A stretch of 64,000 nt of DNA from the IMG/VR virus record IMGVR_UViG_3300025687_000022. One strand, written 5' to 3'. The stretch comes from a virus. The translations under genes and the position numbers were made by a program. The notes under the pieces were generated by a model. It saw nothing but the letters and a program-made list of their open reading frames with translations. It made no database searches and had not been told where the DNA came from. Shown here in pieces: positions 10,503 to 19,785 of the stretch (positions are counted from its first letter, which is position 1; the number at the start of each line of letters is the position of its first letter).

Positions 10503-10968
10503 TTTTAAGTCTCTCAAGTTCTTTTTCTAATAAATAGACATTAAAAGTTGTTTGGGAAAGACTTTTATCACTCTTTAATTGTTCTATTGAAGCCCATTTT
10601 GAATCGTTATGCTCAACAAAACCAGATTCTGGATTTTTCTTGAATTTTATTTGACCTGACCAATCGCGAGTAAAGTAATAATAACGAATATAATCTTTAA
10701 ATTCTTCTTTTGAAGCGTATGTTACGTTATTTTGATCGCATTTTAAGTTTGTTTCTTCTTTTAACTCACGAACAACGGCTTCCTCAAAAGAAGAATCGTC
10801 TAAATCTACGTGACCTCCTGGCAAATCCCAATAATTTTTCATTATTGGTGCCGTATTAGTTCGTTTTATGATCAAAATCTTGTCATTTTTGTCTAAACAA
10901 ACCAAGCTAACAACATCATCACGACCTTTTTTCATTTTGATCATGATTTTTATCATTTCAGACAACAT
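10486..10968 (-). CDS. NUDIX hydrolase
   Basis: Nudix box WDLPGGHVD...EAVVRELKEETNL. Confidence 0.9.
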   Translation of the reverse strand: MLSEMIKIMIKMKKGRDDVVSLVCLDKNDKILIIKRTNTAPIMKNYWDLPGGHVDLDDSSFEEAVVRELKEETNLKCDQNNVTYASKEEFKDYIRYYYFTRDWSGQIKFKKNPESGFVEHNDSKWASIEQLKSDKSLSQTTFNVYLLEKELERLKNEKNL

Positions 10969-10969
10969 T

Positions 10970-11713
10970 TTATCTGCAAACTCTCATTTTTAAATCTGTC
11001 ATTTGGCAAAAATCAACCAAAGCGTTGTCTAAATCAAGAACTTGTATTGGTTGAACCCAAATAATGTCCCCAACGACCTGTAAATTTGGTTGCCATTCGA
11101 CATCGACACCCCAAAGAATACCAACTAAGTCGCCATTATCGTCATAGACGACAGATCCAGACGATCCAAACCAGCCGTAACTATGCATAATTATCTGAAT
11201 TCCGGTATCCCCCGTCGTTTCATAGCCAGCAACACGACCTCTAAAGGTCATAATTTCGTGAGTTGAGGGAAAACCAGAGTAAGTTATTTCCTCTCCTACG
11301 TTCATTTGCTTTTTGCGTGGAGAATATCTAATCGGTTTTGCATTTTGCAAGTCAGCAACAGGATAAACAATAGCGATATCATAAACTGGATCTGCATAAA
11401 TAAGCACCCCAGGCATAGCTTCATTACCATGAGTGATCAAAAATAGTTTTCCGATCTCATTTCCAGTTACATGCTTTGCTGTTAAAATAAAATTTGAGCC
11501 TTTATACCTGATCAGGGAACCAGATCCGTGACCTTGCCCAATACTTAAGACTCTAACCGCAGCATTTCGCACTTGCATTTCAACTTTAGACGAAATTTCT
11601 GATACAGGAAAGACCCCTTCAATTAGATTTTCGTCAGAAAATGGCAACTGAAGGGGCTCAGAGTGAGCCTGAGTTCCAAAAAGCAAGCAAAAAGCAAAAA
11701 GTAATTTTTTCAT
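10970..11713 (-). CDS. Trypsin-like serine protease with signal peptide
   Basis: LTAKHV, DIAI and GSSGS catalytic triad motifs; MKKLLFAFCLL N-terminus. Confidence 0.85.
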   Translation of the reverse strand: MKKLLFAFCLLFGTQAHSEPLQLPFSDENLIEGVFPVSEISSKVEMQVRNAAVRVLSIGQGHGSGSLIRYKGSNFILTAKHVTGNEIGKLFLITHGNEAMPGVLIYADPVYDIAIVYPVADLQNAKPIRYSPRKKQMNVGEEITYSGFPSTHEIMTFRGRVAGYETTGDTGIQIIMHSYGWFGSSGSVVYDDNGDLVGILWGVDVEWQPNLQVVGDIIWVQPIQVLDLDNALVDFCQMTDLKMRVCR

Positions 11714-11739
11714 TTATTGTTTCTCCCACAATAAATAGA

Positions 11740-12210
11740 TTACAGGGCTCTTATTTGCGTTTCCATCCAAGCATTTGCCTGAGAATGTGTATCAAAAAGA
11801 GGGGAAAATCCAGATAGATACCTTAGAGTTGCCCCCTCTACCGCAGCCCATTGCCACTTCCAGCTACTCTCAGAACAAAATACAAGAGCAGAAGACACGG
11901 AAGACATTTTAGATGCTTTAATATTCATAGGCGAAGCATGCATTTGAAGAATCTGGTTGCACTTCTTAAGGTAAACAGGGTCTTGCTGCGGTGTATCCTG
12001 CTTATTTTCTTTAATTTCTTCTCTTTCTTGCGGAAGATCTGCGCGGATAATGGTATATTTTGAACGACGCTGTTTTGTAGTAAACTCTTGATAAACGTTA
12101 AGCTTAAAAAAAGTTTCTGCGTTATTATCATCTTCGATCTCAAAAGAAGTCATTGGTGACTTTGCGCGCTGCCCAGACTTAAAAATCTTGTATACGTTCC
12201 ATGTACTCAT
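11740..12210 (-). CDS. Hypothetical protein
   Basis: 156-aa ORF with GGAG RBS upstream. Confidence 0.55.
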   Translation of the reverse strand: MSTWNVYKIFKSGQRAKSPMTSFEIEDDNNAETFFKLNVYQEFTTKQRRSKYTIIRADLPQEREEIKENKQDTPQQDPVYLKKCNQILQMHASPMNIKASKMSSVSSALVFCSESSWKWQWAAVEGATLRYLSGFSPLFDTHSQANAWMETQIRAL

Positions 12211-12742
12211 TTTGCACTCCTTCGATTGATTGCCATTTTAATATACCAAGAATGATCGAAGTCTGCAAGTGTTTTTCTTCAATAAATCGATAAAAAGCAA
12301 AATTTGTTCGTTTTTCTAAGGGACCATACCAGATAATCTCCCAAAAAACATGATCTTCAAATTTCATGCTTTCTTTATGTTCGCATGACAAAAGAAGACC
12401 AATATTACCTCCGATTATATCAATAATAATATCTCCGTTTGACAGCTTTATTTTTTTTGCTTCTTTTTCTAGCGCTTCTCTTTCCAATTTTTTACAATAA
12501 TAACCATTGATTAGTAGAAATAGAATTGTAATATTTTTCAATGGAAATAAAATCTGTTTGTTCTTGGGCTGGCAGTTTTAAAGGAAGCGGTTGATTATCT
12601 CCAACAACAGTAGAAGGAATTAGTTTTTGATATTCTGTTCTTTCGTGGTTGTTGATTAACAATAAGTTGAAAAAGTAAAATAAAATACTCATTGTTATAA
12701 ATGTTGCTATAAATGTTCTCATTTTATATTTTCCTGCCTTGG

Positions 12743-14668
12743 CTAAACTTTGATCCTATCAATAATATATGGATGGTGATAAGATAGATCTTTATATAGT
12801 TTTTTCATTACTTTTTTAGTAATGTCACCAATTTCTTCTTTAGTTTCTTTGGAAGATAAAGATTTAGACAACTCATCTTTAAGAATTTTTTCAATTTCTT
12901 TTTTAAGAACTTTATCAAGTTCTTTTGCTATTAAATCTTTAATATCAGATTTGTCACTTCTTGTTAGTTCTTCGTTGATTTGTTTATTTTCTGTGGCTAG
13001 TCTTTGTAAGCGAGTAATATAATTTTGCTCTTCAATTTCATCAAGCGTCTCTTGAAATGATTCATTTCTTAAACTTTGTTTTATAATTTTTTGCTTTAAG
13101 TCGGGTACAGATTCAAATATTTCTCTTCTCATATATTCTTGGACACTGATATAGTTGACAAAATCTGTAACTAAATCTTCTGCGGTTAAATCAAAGTCAA
13201 AATCTGTAACCATTTTAAAAATCATGTCAGGTTTTGAATTTAAATATTGATTAGTTATCATTTTAGCCATTACATCTGGAATATAAGCTCTTTCTCTGCC
13301 ATTGTATTTTATTATCCAATGGCGTGCGTTCTCGTAGTGTTCTTCTTCCAAGGCTTTTTGCATCAGCTTCTCGATGTACATTTGTAAAATATATTCTAAC
13401 CAAGATTGTATTCTTATACGAGTTAGATCAATCATGAAGTTTTCTAAATTACCACCATGTTTAATAGCGATTATAACCTTGTATAATTCCTCAGCAATAG
13501 GATTGCTACTAATGTCTTCTGAAGGGGAATTTAAAAATTCTTGGACTTCGAAAACTGCACCGAGCATGAACTCCGCAGCTTCTATTTCATCTGCTGTGAT
13601 GTTCCCTGATTCTTCTAAGGGGGCAAAAACGTCGTTAATTGTTTGCTCTAAATGAGATAAGAACGCTTGTGGGTCGCTATTTTGTTTAGCAAATTCAACT
13701 AATTGGCTTATTTGATCGTACAAGTTTTCTCCTGATACCGAACTTATACTTGAGCCAGCCTCTTCGTATGATAATTTTATAAATTCTCCTATAATTTGTG
13801 GAAGTAGTTCTTCAATACTATTTCCAGTATAAGATTCTTTTATTAACTTTCTATGTTCGTATAATTCGTGGTTGTCGATAAAATATCGCAATTCTGCTTC
13901 CATACGAGTAATTCGATCGTTTGTTCTTGCGACTTCTTTCAATTGGGAAACAGTCACCCCTGGTTTAAAAAAGTCTTTTTCTGATAAAAATATAAAAAAT
14001 TCCTCTATAAAATTAGTTAACTCTTCTTGAGAGGGCTCAGTAATACCTTGCACAATATTGTAAGAAAATTGCGCACCATAATTTGGTGTTCGCATGTATT
14101 CTTTTATTAAAATGTGATATTCATCTTTAAATTCAGGTTTTACAATTTCATCATGATCTTCAAGACGCATACAAATAAGAAGAAGTTCCATACTAAAATT
14201 GTCCGATAGCTGTGTTATTACAAGATCCTGCTCATCTTTGTCTTTGATTGTATAAAGAAAAACCAAATTTTCAATTGGATGCTCACTATACTGAAGATCC
14301 ATCACACCTGTTTCTTCAAAGGCGGCTTTTTCGCCCATTCTTAAAGTAAGTTTGATGTTCTCAAGAAAGCGCCGGTTGGAACCTGTAGCTTCTGGGTAAT
14401 CAAAACGAGTATAAGGTGGGACTCCGAATTCAAAAGACACAACTGTATGTAACTCGTCTGACAAAGCTTCTTCCGCAAAGAATGCAACATCATATTTCAG
14501 GGTTTTAGAAAGAAAAGCGGGAATACGCCTGAATAGCTCTCTAACTATTGCTCGAATTTCTGCGGTAGTTTCTGGTATGTCTTTTAATAATTCTTGTTGG
14601 TATAAATGTTGTAGATTTCTTTTTATTTCTTCTACAATTTCAGGTTTTACAATTTCAGGTTTAGGCAT
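12743..14668 (-). CDS. Large acidic helical hypothetical protein
   Basis: 641-aa ORF; internal 10-aa repeat EIVKPE; no recognised domain. Confidence 0.7.
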   Translation of the reverse strand: MPKPEIVKPEIVEEIKRNLQHLYQQELLKDIPETTAEIRAIVRELFRRIPAFLSKTLKYDVAFFAEEALSDELHTVVSFEFGVPPYTRFDYPEATGSNRRFLENIKLTLRMGEKAAFEETGVMDLQYSEHPIENLVFLYTIKDKDEQDLVITQLSDNFSMELLLICMRLEDHDEIVKPEFKDEYHILIKEYMRTPNYGAQFSYNIVQGITEPSQEELTNFIEEFFIFLSEKDFFKPGVTVSQLKEVARTNDRITRMEAELRYFIDNHELYEHRKLIKESYTGNSIEELLPQIIGEFIKLSYEEAGSSISSVSGENLYDQISQLVEFAKQNSDPQAFLSHLEQTINDVFAPLEESGNITADEIEAAEFMLGAVFEVQEFLNSPSEDISSNPIAEELYKVIIAIKHGGNLENFMIDLTRIRIQSWLEYILQMYIEKLMQKALEEEHYENARHWIIKYNGRERAYIPDVMAKMITNQYLNSKPDMIFKMVTDFDFDLTAEDLVTDFVNYISVQEYMRREIFESVPDLKQKIIKQSLRNESFQETLDEIEEQNYITRLQRLATENKQINEELTRSDKSDIKDLIAKELDKVLKKEIEKILKDELSKSLSSKETKEEIGDITKKVMKKLYKDLSYHHPYIIDRIKV

Positions 14669-14699
14669 AAATTTATCCCTTTTTACAGTAGATAGTATC

Positions 14700-15464
14700 T
14701 TATCTTTTTGAAAGAGCTTTTTTTAGTCTTTCATTAATAACATTACGATGGTGCCAACGTGATTTTTTGGTTATGTTTTTCTTTAAGATTTTAGATACTC
14801 TTTCGTTCATTTCTTTGATAAGATCTGCGTGTTCAACCTCATCTAATTCTTCAGTTTCTTCAGTTTCTTCAGAATTATCAGGTTCAAATGGATATTCTGA
14901 GTCAAAGAAAGGAATAACAAATTTACGAGACAACCTTTGAACCGGAGGTCCAGCGCTGGGACCACCTTTTGGATAAGCCATAGTATACATTCTGGAACCC
15001 CCAGGCTCTTGTGAATAATAATCAGATCTAAAATCAGCTTTATCGCCAGTTAAAACAACATCTCTTCTCTGTATTGTTTCGCCGGTATCACAAAGAATAT
15101 ATTCGTATATCATTTTACCGTCTTGCATAGAACCCCAAATAACAGCTTCTTGTCCGAATTCTTTGCCAAATTGTAAAATCTCATCACGAGCAACATTTGG
15201 AATAATAAAAGATCTTTCTTCATTTCCAAATTTACCACGGATTCGCCTGTAGCCAATCTTCATACTTTTTAGCTTGTCTTCAAACTGCCTTAGAAGTGCG
15301 TCGTTCTCTTGTTTTGATAATTCTTCGGCATTTGGGTTTTCTGAGGTCATGATACCGACAGATTGTATGGTTGGTCTTTGCCCTGTTATAATTCTAATAA
15401 TGTCTCTAAATTGAGATTCTTCATTTAATAAAAACTTTTTCCATTCTGTTATTATTTTTTTCAC
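14700..15464 (-). CDS. Possible SAM lyase (T3 SAMase-like / DUF3293-like) with leader
   Basis: IMTSENP...N...L...GY....G.FG.EERSFII...FGQEAVIW pattern; MKKIITEWKKFLLNEE leader. Confidence 0.5.
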   Translation of the reverse strand: MKKIITEWKKFLLNEESQFRDIIRIITGQRPTIQSVGIMTSENPNAEELSKQENDALLRQFEDKLKSMKIGYRRIRGKFGNEERSFIIPNVARDEILQFGKEFGQEAVIWGSMQDGKMIYEYILCDTGETIQRRDVVLTGDKADFRSDYYSQEPGGSRMYTMAYPKGGPSAGPPVQRLSRKFVIPFFDSEYPFEPDNSEETEETEELDEVEHADLIKEMNERVSKILKKNITKKSRWHHRNVINERLKKALSKR

Positions 15465-15548
15465 ATCATGCTCCTTTTAAAATAATATAACTTTATTATA
15501 TCGCTGTGTCAATAAAATTTACTTTTCTATAAGTTCTTGAATTGAGCC

Positions 15549-16442
15549 TTAGTTTCCTTTGGATGCGTTTAAAGCTTTCATAAACTGTTCGTGTGCTGTG
15601 TCGTATTCATCAGATTTAAACAAATCTTGTAATCCTAATGGCAGTGACGCGCACCTGCGGAGGTCGAGGGTCGTCAGGTTCGTGCATTCCTTCAGTACGT
15701 CTACGTTCTGCAGCGACTTGCACCAGTTGAGCTTGAGCGTCTCCAGGTTTGTGCATTCCTTTAACCCGTCTACGTTCTGCAGCGACTCGCACCAGTAGAG
15801 GTAGAGGTACGTCAGGTTCGTACAGCCCTCCAACCCGTCTACGTTCTGCAGCGAATCGCACTCCCAGAGGTTGAGGGTCGTCAGGTTCGTACAGCCCTTC
15901 AGTCCGTCTACGTTCTGCAGCGACTCGCACCCCCAGAGTTCGAGGCTCGTCAGGTTCGTGCAAAACTTTAAAAAATCAACGTTTGTCATAAATTTATCTT
16001 TAATATTAAGACTCTCAATCTTAGCAAGCATATATTGAACACGAGAAGATTTTTCAGCAAAATAGTTTAAAATCATCCAAAATGTTACATTTGAGACTTC
16101 AAAACCTTGAATAGTTATTAAACTACTTTTTGAGTCGAAAGTGAAATGACTTGCAATTGTATTGATGAGTTGTTGATATTCGAGTTTGAGCCGTTGATAT
16201 TCGAGTTGTGAAACTCCAGGTTGTGGATTTTCAAGGGCGTCAAGAATTCCAAGACCTAGATTTACATATTCAGGATCAGGTGAAGATAGAAATCTGATTA
16301 TTTTTTGTGCTTCAGTAAGTTCTTCTTCTTCTTCTTCTTCTTCTTCTTCTTCTTCATCATAATCATCATATTCGTCTTGTTCAATAAGAAGCTTAACAAC
16401 TTCTTCTTTGATGATTTGCTTTTTAGTTTTAGTTATTTTCAT
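15549..16442 (-). CDS. LRR protein (LRR-7, ~5 modules, hybrid A/B cap, expanded poly-Glu)
   Basis: LRR modules; (TCT)n tract at ~16320-16353; leader lacks one Leu. Confidence 0.9.
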   Translation of the reverse strand: MKITKTKKQIIKEEVVKLLIEQDEYDDYDEEEEEEEEEEEELTEAQKIIRFLSSPDPEYVNLGLGILDALENPQPGVSQLEYQRLKLEYQQLINTIASHFTFDSKSSLITIQGFEVSNVTFWMILNYFAEKSSRVQYMLAKIESLNIKDKFMTNVDFLKFCTNLTSLELWGCESLQNVDGLKGCTNLTTLNLWECDSLQNVDGLEGCTNLTYLYLYWCESLQNVDGLKECTNLETLKLNWCKSLQNVDVLKECTNLTTLDLRRCASLPLGLQDLFKSDEYDTAHEQFMKALNASKGN

Positions 16443-17158
16443 GGTTGGCTTCTCTTAGATGCGTTCAAAGCTTCCATAAACTTCTCGTATGCTGTGCCAC
16501 TGCTATCAGTTTTAAACAATTGTTGTAATTTTATTGGCAGCGACCTGCACAGCCAGAGGCTGAGGCTCGTCAGGCTCGTAAGCCCCTGGAGCCCGTCTAC
16601 GTTCTGCAGCGAATAGCACCCGGCGAGGCTGAGGCTCGTCAGGCTCGTAAGCCCCTGGAGCCCGTCTACGTTCTGCAGCGACTTGCAGAAGCTGAGGTAG
16701 AGTCTCGTCAGGCTCGTGCATTCCTTTATCCCGTCTACGTTCTGCAGCGACTCGCAATCGCTGAGGTCGAGGGTCGTCAGGCTTGTAAGCCCCTGGAGCC
16801 CGTCTACGTTCTGCAGCGACGAGCACCAGCGGAGAACTATTTTTTCTGTAATATTTAGCTCACTTAAGCCTGACAAGAAGTCAACATCTTGTATTTTTGA
16901 CTCTGCAAACTGATCAATTACTTTTAGCTTTTCTAAGATCTGATCATTTTCTGTTGGAGCATTAACTTCAATATCTTCTTTCAATTGGGTATAAAAAGAT
17001 AATGCTTGTGCAAAGTAACCAGGATCATTGCCGCTTAAACGATCTAGAATTGTTAACGCATATTGTTTATATTCATTTTCTTGATCTTCATTTTCTGTTA
17101 AAAGTTTGGTTACTTCTTCTTTGATTATTTGCTTTAGTTTAGTTTTGGTTATTTTCAT
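16439..17158 (-). CDS. LRR protein (LRR-8, ~5 modules, divergent A cap)
   Basis: LRR modules; MKIT leader. Confidence 0.9.
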   Translation of the reverse strand: MKITKTKLKQIIKEEVTKLLTENEDQENEYKQYALTILDRLSGNDPGYFAQALSFYTQLKEDIEVNAPTENDQILEKLKVIDQFAESKIQDVDFLSGLSELNITEKIVLRWCSSLQNVDGLQGLTSLTTLDLSDCESLQNVDGIKECTSLTRLYLSFCKSLQNVDGLQGLTSLTSLSLAGCYSLQNVDGLQGLTSLTSLSLWLCRSLPIKLQQLFKTDSSGTAYEKFMEALNASKRSQP

Positions 17159-17161
17159 AAT

Positions 17162-17902
17162 TTATCTATCCCATACAGAATGATTTAGCCATCTATTTTT
17201 TATATCCTCAGCTTCATCTGATGTAACTATTCCGCTTTGGACTTGGTTATGTAAATAGTTTTGTATTAGCTCTTCGATACTTTTTTGTGATTTTGATGCC
17301 TCTGCTCTAAATCCTATTAAAAATGCAGGAGTCTCGCAAGCGCTTGTAAAATACTCATACATTGAATTATATTCTTTTGTTGGCAGATAAGTGCAATTTG
17401 GTCGCTGAAAAGGTCTACCATCTTGAGTAAAATGATGAAGCTCGTGCGCCACAACATTAAATAGCTCATTTTCAATTGAAGCGATGTTGGAACCAGATAA
17501 GAAAAGTCCCGGTCTAATAGTAAAATCAACAATAATCTTGCCACCATCCTCAGAATAGTCTGAAGCACCATCTATATTCCAGCCAACATGATTGCTGTCA
17601 AAATTGGTTGGAGTAAAAATAACTTCTACTTCAAATGCAGGTATAGCATCCTCATAGTTATCACTCCAGACTTCAACATCAACAGGATAATCCCAAGAAT
17701 AAAAGAAAGTTTTTTTATGTTTTGTTTTCTTTCCAGTTGCTGGTAGTATTTTTAAAATATCTTCAACGATTTTTTCTACTGTTTCTTTATAATAAAAATC
17801 AGCATCTTGTAATCTAAACTCTGGAAACTCCATATCAACCTCCAATAAGTTTAATATTTCTTCTTTGATTATTTGCTTTAAATTTGATTTGGTTATTTTC
17901 AT
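17162..17902 (-). CDS. MKIT-leader protein with HExxH zinc-metalloprotease-like motif
   Basis: VAHELHHFTQ followed by YFTSACETPAF. Confidence 0.55.
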   Translation of the reverse strand: MKITKSNLKQIIKEEILNLLEVDMEFPEFRLQDADFYYKETVEKIVEDILKILPATGKKTKHKKTFFYSWDYPVDVEVWSDNYEDAIPAFEVEVIFTPTNFDSNHVGWNIDGASDYSEDGGKIIVDFTIRPGLFLSGSNIASIENELFNVVAHELHHFTQDGRPFQRPNCTYLPTKEYNSMYEYFTSACETPAFLIGFRAEASKSQKSIEELIQNYLHNQVQSGIVTSDEAEDIKNRWLNHSVWDR

Positions 17903-18876
17903 GGTTGGCTTGTCTTAGATGCATTTAAAGCTTCCATAAACTTCTCGTGTGCTGTACCGCTGCTATCAGTTCCAAAATATTTTTGCAATTTTATTGGCAG
18001 CGACTTGCACTCTTCGAGGCTGAGGCTTATCAGATTCGTGCAGCCCTCCAGCCCGTCTACGTTCTGCAGCGACTCGCACTCGTAGAGGTCGAGGTTCGCC
18101 AGGTTAGTGCAACCCTCCAGCCCGTCTACGTTCTGCAGTGACTCGCACCCGAAGAGGCTGAGGCTCGTCAGGTTCGTGCAGCCCTTCAGCCCGTCTACGT
18201 TCACCAGCGACCTGCAATAGCTGAGGTCGAGGCTCGTCAGGTTTGTGCATTCCTTTAGCCCGTCTACGTTCTGTAGTGACTCACACCCGTTGAGGTCGAG
18301 GGTCGTCAGGTTCGTGCATTCCTTTAGCACGTCTACGTTCTTCAGCGATGAGCACCCGGTGAGGTAGAGGGTCGTCAGGTTTGTGCAGCCCTCCAGTCCA
18401 TCCACGTTCTGCAGCGACCCGCAATAGCTGAGGTCAAGCTTCGTCAGGCTCGTAAACCTCTGGAGTGCATCTACGTTCTCCGGCGATTTGAGTCCCTTCA
18501 GCCCGTCTACGTTCTTCAGTGATCTGCACCCTTTGAGGATGATTTTTTGTGTAACGTTTAGTTCACGTAAGCCTGACAAGAAATTAACATTTTTTTCTTT
18601 TATATCTGAATCTGCAAACTGATCAATTACTTCTAGCTTTTCTAAGATTTGGCTATTTTCTGTTGGAGCGTTAGCTTCAATATCGTCTTTGACCAAAGAA
18701 TAAATCTCTACTCCTTGTGCAAAAGTGTCAGGATCAGGTGAAGATAGAAATCTGATTATTTTTTGTGCCGGCGTAAGTTCTTCCTCTTCATAATCATCAT
18801 ATTCGTCTTGCTCAACAAGAAGCTTAACAACTTCTTCTTTGATTATTTGCTTTAAATCTGATTTAGTTATTTTCAT
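17899..18876 (-). CDS. LRR protein (LRR-9, ~8 modules, cap type A)
   Basis: LRR modules. Confidence 0.9.
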   Translation of the reverse strand: MKITKSDLKQIIKEEVVKLLVEQDEYDDYEEEELTPAQKIIRFLSSPDPDTFAQGVEIYSLVKDDIEANAPTENSQILEKLEVIDQFADSDIKEKNVNFLSGLRELNVTQKIILKGCRSLKNVDGLKGLKSPENVDALQRFTSLTKLDLSYCGSLQNVDGLEGCTNLTTLYLTGCSSLKNVDVLKECTNLTTLDLNGCESLQNVDGLKECTNLTSLDLSYCRSLVNVDGLKGCTNLTSLSLFGCESLQNVDGLEGCTNLANLDLYECESLQNVDGLEGCTNLISLSLEECKSLPIKLQKYFGTDSSGTAHEKFMEALNASKTSQP

Positions 18877-19640
18877 GGTCGGCTTCCTTTGGATGCATTT
18901 AAAGCTTTCATAAACTTCTCGTGTGCTGTGCCTCTGTTATCAGTTTTAAACCATCGTTGTAATTCTGATGGCAGCGAATAGCACATGCTGAGGTCGAGGG
19001 TCGTCAGGTTCGTGCAGCCCTCCAGCCCGTCTATGTTCTTCAGCGACGTGCACCAGCTGAGGTCGAGGCTTTTCAGGTTCGTGCAGCCCTTCAGTCCGTC
19101 TACGTTCTGCAGCGACTCGCACGCGCCGAGTTCAAGGTACGTCAGATTCGTGAGTCCCTGGAGCCCGTCTACGTTCTCCAGGGACGTGCACCAGTTGAGG
19201 TTGAGTCCCCTCAGGTTCATGCAAAAACTTAAAAAATCAACGTTTGTCATAAATTCATCTGTAATATCAAGATTCTCAATCTGAGCAAGCATATTTTTAA
19301 CATGAACAGATTTTTTAGCAAAATAATTTAAAATCATCCCAAGTTCTTGCGGAAGATCAAATCCTTGTGTAGTTATTGAAGCACTTGTTGGGTCGAAATC
19401 GATATAACTTGCAATTGTATCGATGAGTTGTTGATCTCCAAGGTCGTCAAGAATTCCAAGACCTAGCACTACATTAGCAGAATCATCTGAAGTTAGAAGC
19501 TTGATTATTTTTTGTGCGTAAGTAAGCTCTTCTTCTTCGTAATCATAATCATCATAATCATCATATTCGTCTTGCTCAACAAGAAGCTTAACAACTTCTT
19601 CTTTAATTATTTGCTTTAAAGTTGATTTGGTTATTTTCAT
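18873..19640 (-). CDS. LRR protein (LRR-10, ~4 modules, cap type B)
   Basis: LRR modules. Confidence 0.9.
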   Translation of the reverse strand: MKITKSTLKQIIKEEVVKLLVEQDEYDDYDDYDYEEEELTYAQKIIKLLTSDDSANVVLGLGILDDLGDQQLIDTIASYIDFDPTSASITTQGFDLPQELGMILNYFAKKSVHVKNMLAQIENLDITDEFMTNVDFLSFCMNLRGLNLNWCTSLENVDGLQGLTNLTYLELGACESLQNVDGLKGCTNLKSLDLSWCTSLKNIDGLEGCTNLTTLDLSMCYSLPSELQRWFKTDNRGTAHEKFMKALNASKGSRP

Positions 19641-19667
19641 AATAATTTTCCTTATTATAACACAACC

Positions 19668-19676
19668 TAAATAGTA
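19668..19676 (-). promoter_or_regulatory. Candidate late-promoter motif ACTATTTA
   Basis: CTATTTA-like motif ~20-35 bp upstream of starts at 3806, 11713, 19640, 51639 and 60487 (variant at 14668). Confidence 0.45.
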
Positions 19677-19785
19677 AAACAGGCACTAAAAAACACAAAT
19701 TTTGTTTTGTATTTTTTAGCACCATCCCAATACTCGTATTATTTTTTTCCGAGTCTTATAAAGCCTTTTAAACAATCGAGAGCAC

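Noticed and set aside
2174-19284. Alternative-frame and antisense ORFs over the LRR modules (VAAERRRAPGAYEPD..., PSTFCSD...)
   Set aside because: Shadow frames of stop-poor GC-rich 69-bp repeats; no RBS, and they end where the repeats end.
1927-19640. Complete diversity-generating retroelement
   Set aside because: No reverse transcriptase, Avd or template repeat in the window, and framework adenines are conserved. Kept only as a testable hypothesis.
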